NCBI GenBank assembly: GCA_964016885.1
Contig: OZ024766.1
Location: 7,130,001 to 7,194,000, forward strand
Origin: Eledone cirrhosa
Lineage: Eukaryota
Reading direction: 5' to 3'
DNA length: 64,000 nucleotides
Of the stretch, positions 59,081 to 64,000 are shown piece by piece (position 1 is the first letter of the stretch; every line of letters starts with the position of its first letter). Both the position numbers and the translations under genes were made by a program. The notes under the pieces were generated by a model that did not search any database, had not been told where the DNA came from, and saw only the letters and a program-made list of their open reading frames with translations.

Positions 59081-59085
<5 letters not shown>
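58750..59085. mobile_element. Inverted-repeat element with two hammerheads (58792-58858 minus, 58976-59042 plus); same family as 5904-6205
   Basis: Arms of about 160 bp; TTTTAT-CTGATGA...GAAA-TGCGCA-TA-ATAAAA. Confidence 0.85.
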
Positions 59086-59132
<47 letters not shown>

Positions 59133-59137
<5 letters not shown>

Positions 59138-59315
59138 AAAAGGTATGACCTCGACGGCAGAGCTCAAGCCGTTTCGACGGCTATTTCTGAGTCCAGAAAT
59201 AGCCGTCGAAACGGCTTGAGATCTGCCGTCGGGGTCAAACATTTTCCTATTACCCACTCTACTACCCTAAGTATTGAGTACTCTGGTGTGTTATGGTCCA
59301 CCTGGACCATAACGT

Positions 59316-59320
<5 letters not shown>
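59133..59320. mobile_element. Palindromic element, second copy of 18909-19100
   Basis: gacggcagagctcaagccgtttcgacggctatttctgagtccagaaatagccgtcgaaacggcttgagatctgccgtc, followed by the same tail. Confidence 0.8.
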
Positions 59321-59380
<60 letters not shown>

Positions 59381-59514
59381 ATATATATGGTTTTATTAAA
59401 GATATTTTCCATTTATTGATATTATTGATACTCCGGATAAAAACTGTTGAGTGCTTCTAATCTGTTGTAAAATTAACTTTGTTGAATAATCAACAAACCA
59501 ATTAACTCATTGTT

Positions 59515-59547
<33 letters not shown>

Positions 59548-59619
59548 CATATATACGCACACACTCATATATATATATATATATATATATAAACATACAT
59601 GGTACTTGCTGTCATTTCA

Positions 59620-59648
59620 TCTCTCTCTTGTTACCACTGTCACTCTCC

Positions 59649-59687
<39 letters not shown>

Positions 59688-59805
59688 ACCACTGTCACTC
59701 TCCCTCTCTCCTCTCTGTCTCTCTCTCTCTCTCTCTTGTTACCACTGTCACTCTCCCTCTCTCCTCTCTCTCTCTCTCTCTCTCTTGTTACCACTGTCAC
59801 TCTCC

Positions 59806-59838
<33 letters not shown>

Positions 59839-59858
59839 TGTTACCACTGTCACTCTCC

Positions 59859-59897
<39 letters not shown>

Positions 59898-60208
59898 ACC
59901 ACTGTCACTCTCCCCATCTCTCTCCCCCTCTCTCTCTCTCTCCCTCTCTCTTGTTACCACTGTCACTCTCCCCCCTCTCTCTCTCTCTTGTTACCACTGT
60001 CACTCTCCCCCTCTCTCCCCCCTCTCTCTCTCTCTTGTTACCACTGTCACTCCCCCCTTCCCCTCTCTCTCTTGTTACCACTGTCACCCCTCCCCTCTTT
60101 CTCCCCCCCTCTCTCTCTCTTGTTACCACTGTCACTCCCTCTCTCCATCTCTCTCTCTCCCCATCTCTCTCTCCCTCTCTCTCTCTCTTGTTACCACTGT
60201 CACTCTCC

Positions 60209-60247
<39 letters not shown>

Positions 60248-60263
60248 ACCACTGTCACTCTCC

Positions 60264-60302
<39 letters not shown>

Positions 60303-60401
60303 ACCACTGTCACTCTCCCTCTCTCCTCTCTCTCTCTCTCTCTCTTGTTACCACTGTCACTCTCTCTCTCTCTCTCTCTCTTGTTACCACTGTCACTCTC
60401 C

Positions 60402-60442
<41 letters not shown>

Positions 60443-60548
60443 ACCACTGTCACTCTCCCTCTCTCCTCTCTCTCTCTCTCTCTCTCTTGTTACCACTGTC
60501 ACTCTCCCTCTCTCCTCTCTCTCTCTCTTGTTACCACTGTCACTCTCC

Positions 60549-60579
<31 letters not shown>

Positions 60580-60599
60580 TGTTACCACTGTCACTCTCC

Positions 60600-60630
<31 letters not shown>

Positions 60631-61020
60631 TGTTACCACTGTCACTCTCCCTCTCTCTCTCCCTCTCTCTCTCGTTACCACTGTCACTCTCCCTCTCTCT
60701 CTCTCTCTCTTGTTACCACTGTCACTCTCTCTTGTTACCACTGTCACTCTCCCCATCTCTCTCCCCCTCTCTCTCTCTCTTGTTACCACTGTCACTCTCT
60801 CTCGCTCTCTCTTGTTACCACTGTCACTCTCCCCCTCTCTCTCTCTTGTTACCACTGTCACTCCCCCCTTCCCCTCTCTCTCTTGTTACCACTGTCTCTC
60901 TCTCCCCCCCTCTCTCTCTCTTGTTACCACTGTCACTCTCTCTCTCTCCATCTCTCTCTCTCCCCATCTCTCTCCCCCTCCCTCTCTCTCTCTTGTTACC
61001 ACTGTCACTCTCCTCTTTCT
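59620..61020. repeat. Composite repeat: cttgttaccactgtcactctc core separated by variable (CT)n tracts (about 30 units)
   Basis: 1.4-kb pyrimidine-rich strand directly upstream of the acceptor at 61032. Confidence 0.92.
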
Positions 61021-61032
61021 CTTCCTCACCAG

Positions 61033-61626
61033 ATCCCCGGACTCTACGAAATATTTTCCGACCACGAGGAAGACTCCGAGATTCGCATCGCGTCCTACGC
61101 CATCCTGATGCGATGTCCCGCCCCGGTGTTGCTGGCGTCACTCCACGGGGCCCTGCTTAACGAGAGGACCAACCAGGTGGCCTCATACGTCTGGTCACAC
61201 CTGAGCAACCTGGTCGAGAGCCCTGCCCTACCCGGTCCTCACTTGTCGACCATCCGCGAAATCCTTGAGGACGTCGCAGCGAAGCGGGAGGAGAAGAACG
61301 AGGAGGGTTTCGACCTCGATGGCCGAAAGTTCTCGCGCCACTACAAGAAGACTTTGTACTCTGATGCCCTCAGTCACGGGGCCGAGGTCGAAGGGGATGT
61401 GATCTTTTCAACCAGGTCCTTCGTTCCTCGCTCGGCCCGCTTGAATTTCACCCTGCGCGTCTTCGGTCGAGCGCTTAACTTCCTCGAGGTCGGAGGGCGT
61501 GTCCAGGCAGTCGATCAAATCCTGGAGAACTATTTCGGTTACGGAGGGCTCTTCGGTGACCCTGCCACCCCAAGACCCCAATCTGCCAAACCATCCGACG
61601 GAGAGGATCACGAGAAGGATAAGCAG
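61033..61626 (+). CDS. Large lipid transfer protein exon 9 (end of helical domain into the DUF1943-like region)
   Basis: caccag/gtaaga; EEDSEIRIASYAILMRCP, ERTNQVASYVWSHLSNL, DGRKFSRHY, GAEVEGDVIFSTRSFVPRSARLNFTLRVFGRALNFLEVGGR. Confidence 0.95.
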
Positions 61627-61779
61627 GTAAGAATTTCTACTTTTTAGCGACTCGGTTGATATCTCTCTCTCTGTTCCCCTCCTCTCTCTCTCTCTCTCTC
61701 TGCTCCCCTCTCTCTATATATATACCACCCCTCTCTCTCTCAATCTCTCTATCTGTCTATTTCCTCTCTCTCTCTCTCG

Positions 61780-61823
<44 letters not shown>

Positions 61824-61825
61824 CA

Positions 61826-61858
<33 letters not shown>

Positions 61859-61899
61859 TCTCACTCTCTCTCTCTCTCTATATATATATATCACTCTCA

Positions 61900-61931
<32 letters not shown>

Positions 61932-61990
61932 CACTCTCTCTCTATATATATATATATATCACTCTCTCTCTCTCTATATATATATATATA

Positions 61991-62081
<91 letters not shown>

Positions 62082-62306
62082 CTCTCTGTCTCCCCCCTCC
62101 TCTGTCTCTTTCATCCCCTCTCTCGCCCCCCATCCCCCTCTCTGTGCCCCACCCCACTCTCTCTCTCACACTCTCACTCTCTCACTCTCTCTCTCACTCT
62201 CTCACTCTCTCTCTCTCACTCTCACACTCTCTCACACTCTCTCTCTCTCTCACTCTCACACACTCTCTCACTCTCTCTCACACTCTCTCTCTCTCCTCTT
62301 TCCCAG

Positions 62307-62623
62307 AGACCCACCAAGGACAAGTTCCAGTCCGCGCTCCACATCCGGGTCTTTGGTAACGAGATCTACTACTCTGCCGCGGAGGACGACGCGGGCCCTT
62401 CGAAGGACAGGGCCTCCAAGATCTTCGCCCACTTCCTAACATCGGAAAGGTTCCGCCACATGCGCAGCCTCTCCTTACTCGACACGGCCAACTCCGTCAT
62501 CTCGGTCGTCCCCACGGCTGTCGGGCTCCCCCTGCACCTCACCCTCGCTGCCACAGGAAGTTTCGTATTGGACGGGGCCAGGTTGCTGCAGCTCCCTTCC
62601 TTTCTGGTTGAGATAAAACCAAG
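62307..62623 (+). CDS. Large lipid transfer protein exon 10; gene continues beyond the window
   Basis: tcccag/gtaatg; FQSALHIRVFGNEI...VVPTAVGLPLHLTLAATG...EIKPR (PT.xGLPL motif). Confidence 0.9.
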
Positions 62624-62695
62624 GTAATGTGTTGGTGTCGGTGGTGGTGGTGGTGTGTGTGTGTGTGTGTGTATATATATAAATATGTATATGTA

Positions 62696-62772
<77 letters not shown>

Positions 62773-62815
62773 GTGTGTGTGTATACATATATATATATAT
62801 GTGTGTGTATGTGTG

Positions 62816-62856
<41 letters not shown>

Positions 62857-62983
62857 ATATATATGTATGTGTGTGTGTGTGTGTATATATATGTATGTGT
62901 GTGTGTGTGTGTGTGTATATGTATGTATGTGTGTGTGTGTGTGTATATATATGTATGTGTGTGTGTGTGTGTATATATATGTA

Positions 62984-63015
<32 letters not shown>

Positions 63016-63017
63016 TA

Positions 63018-63056
<39 letters not shown>

Positions 63057-63084
63057 GTGTGTGTGTGTATATATATATGTGTGT

Positions 63085-63134
<50 letters not shown>

Positions 63135-63233
63135 ATGTATATATGTGTGTATATATATGTGTGTGTGTGTGTATATATATATATATGTGTGTATATATAT
63201 GTGTGTGTGTGTATATATATGTGTGTATGTGTG

Positions 63234-63292
<59 letters not shown>

Positions 63293-63337
63293 GTGTGTGT
63301 GTATATATATATATGTATGTGTATATATATATATGTA

Positions 63338-63376
<39 letters not shown>

Positions 63377-63525
63377 GTGTGTGTGTGTGTATATATATGT
63401 GTGTGTGTGTATATATATGTGTGTGTATGTGTGTATATATATGTGTGTGTGTGTGTATATATATATATATGTGTGTGTGTGTGTATATATATATGTTTGT
63501 ATATATATGTGTGTGTGTGTATATA

Positions 63526-63572
<47 letters not shown>

Positions 63573-63718
63573 GTGTATATATGTGTGTATATATATGTGT
63601 GTGTATATATATGCGTGTGTGTATATATATATATGCGTGTGTGTATATATTTTCTAATTTTAAACCTGCTCACTGTTTCAAAACATACTTACTAAATATA
63701 TATATATATACATCTGTT

Positions 63719-63752
<34 letters not shown>

Positions 63753-64000
63753 GTTTAGCGAGGTTTTTTATATGAAATCTTGTGTCGAAACAGATATTGT
63801 TATATTTGGGGAGGGTCATATTTGCGTAATATTGCCAGAATCAATAATAGAACACACTCACTGTTTGGTTGGTTTTCGCTTTTCGCTGTCTTTTATATCT
63901 GCGATCTAACTTACTCGGTCCTCAATGTTGCCATTGACTGACCGGCGGTCAAAAATAATACAGATACAATATAGACACAAACACATATATATAGTTTACA

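Noticed and set aside
59510-61032. N-terminal part of the 682-aa ORF, and the CRISPR-like repeat-spacer appearance
   Set aside because: Spacers are simple CT tracts rather than unique sequences, there are no cas genes, and the context is a eukaryotic intron; coding starts at 61033.

Overview
AT-rich, microsatellite-saturated animal genomic DNA; the SINE repertoire and (TA)n/(CA)n load are consistent with a cephalopod such as Octopus (inference). Almost all ORFs in the supplied track are microsatellite or minisatellite artefacts. Three spliced genes were reconstructed by hand: (1) the last three coding exons of a CYRI/FAM49 gene (+, 2323-7219; largely missed by the ORF track); (2) a two-coding-exon F-box/LRR-like gene (-, 29139-22803, about 542 aa); (3) the first ten or so exons of a large lipid transfer protein (apolipophorin/vitellogenin/apoB family; +, 38446 to beyond 62623), with one GC-rich exon carrying two compensating frameshifts. 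The rest is tRNA-derived SINEs, RTE-like and R4/Dong-like LINE remnants, a maT/mariner fragment, MITEs and many minisatellites, several clearly amplified from TE sub-segments. The most notable hidden signal is more than a dozen type I hammerhead-ribozyme motifs or half-motifs in at least five sequence families. They lie in short, non-coding elements, many of them fold-back (inverted-repeat), embedded in (TA)n tracts, which resembles Penelope-like pLTRs or retrozymes. All coordinates, folds and family assignments were made by eye, without computation or database searches.
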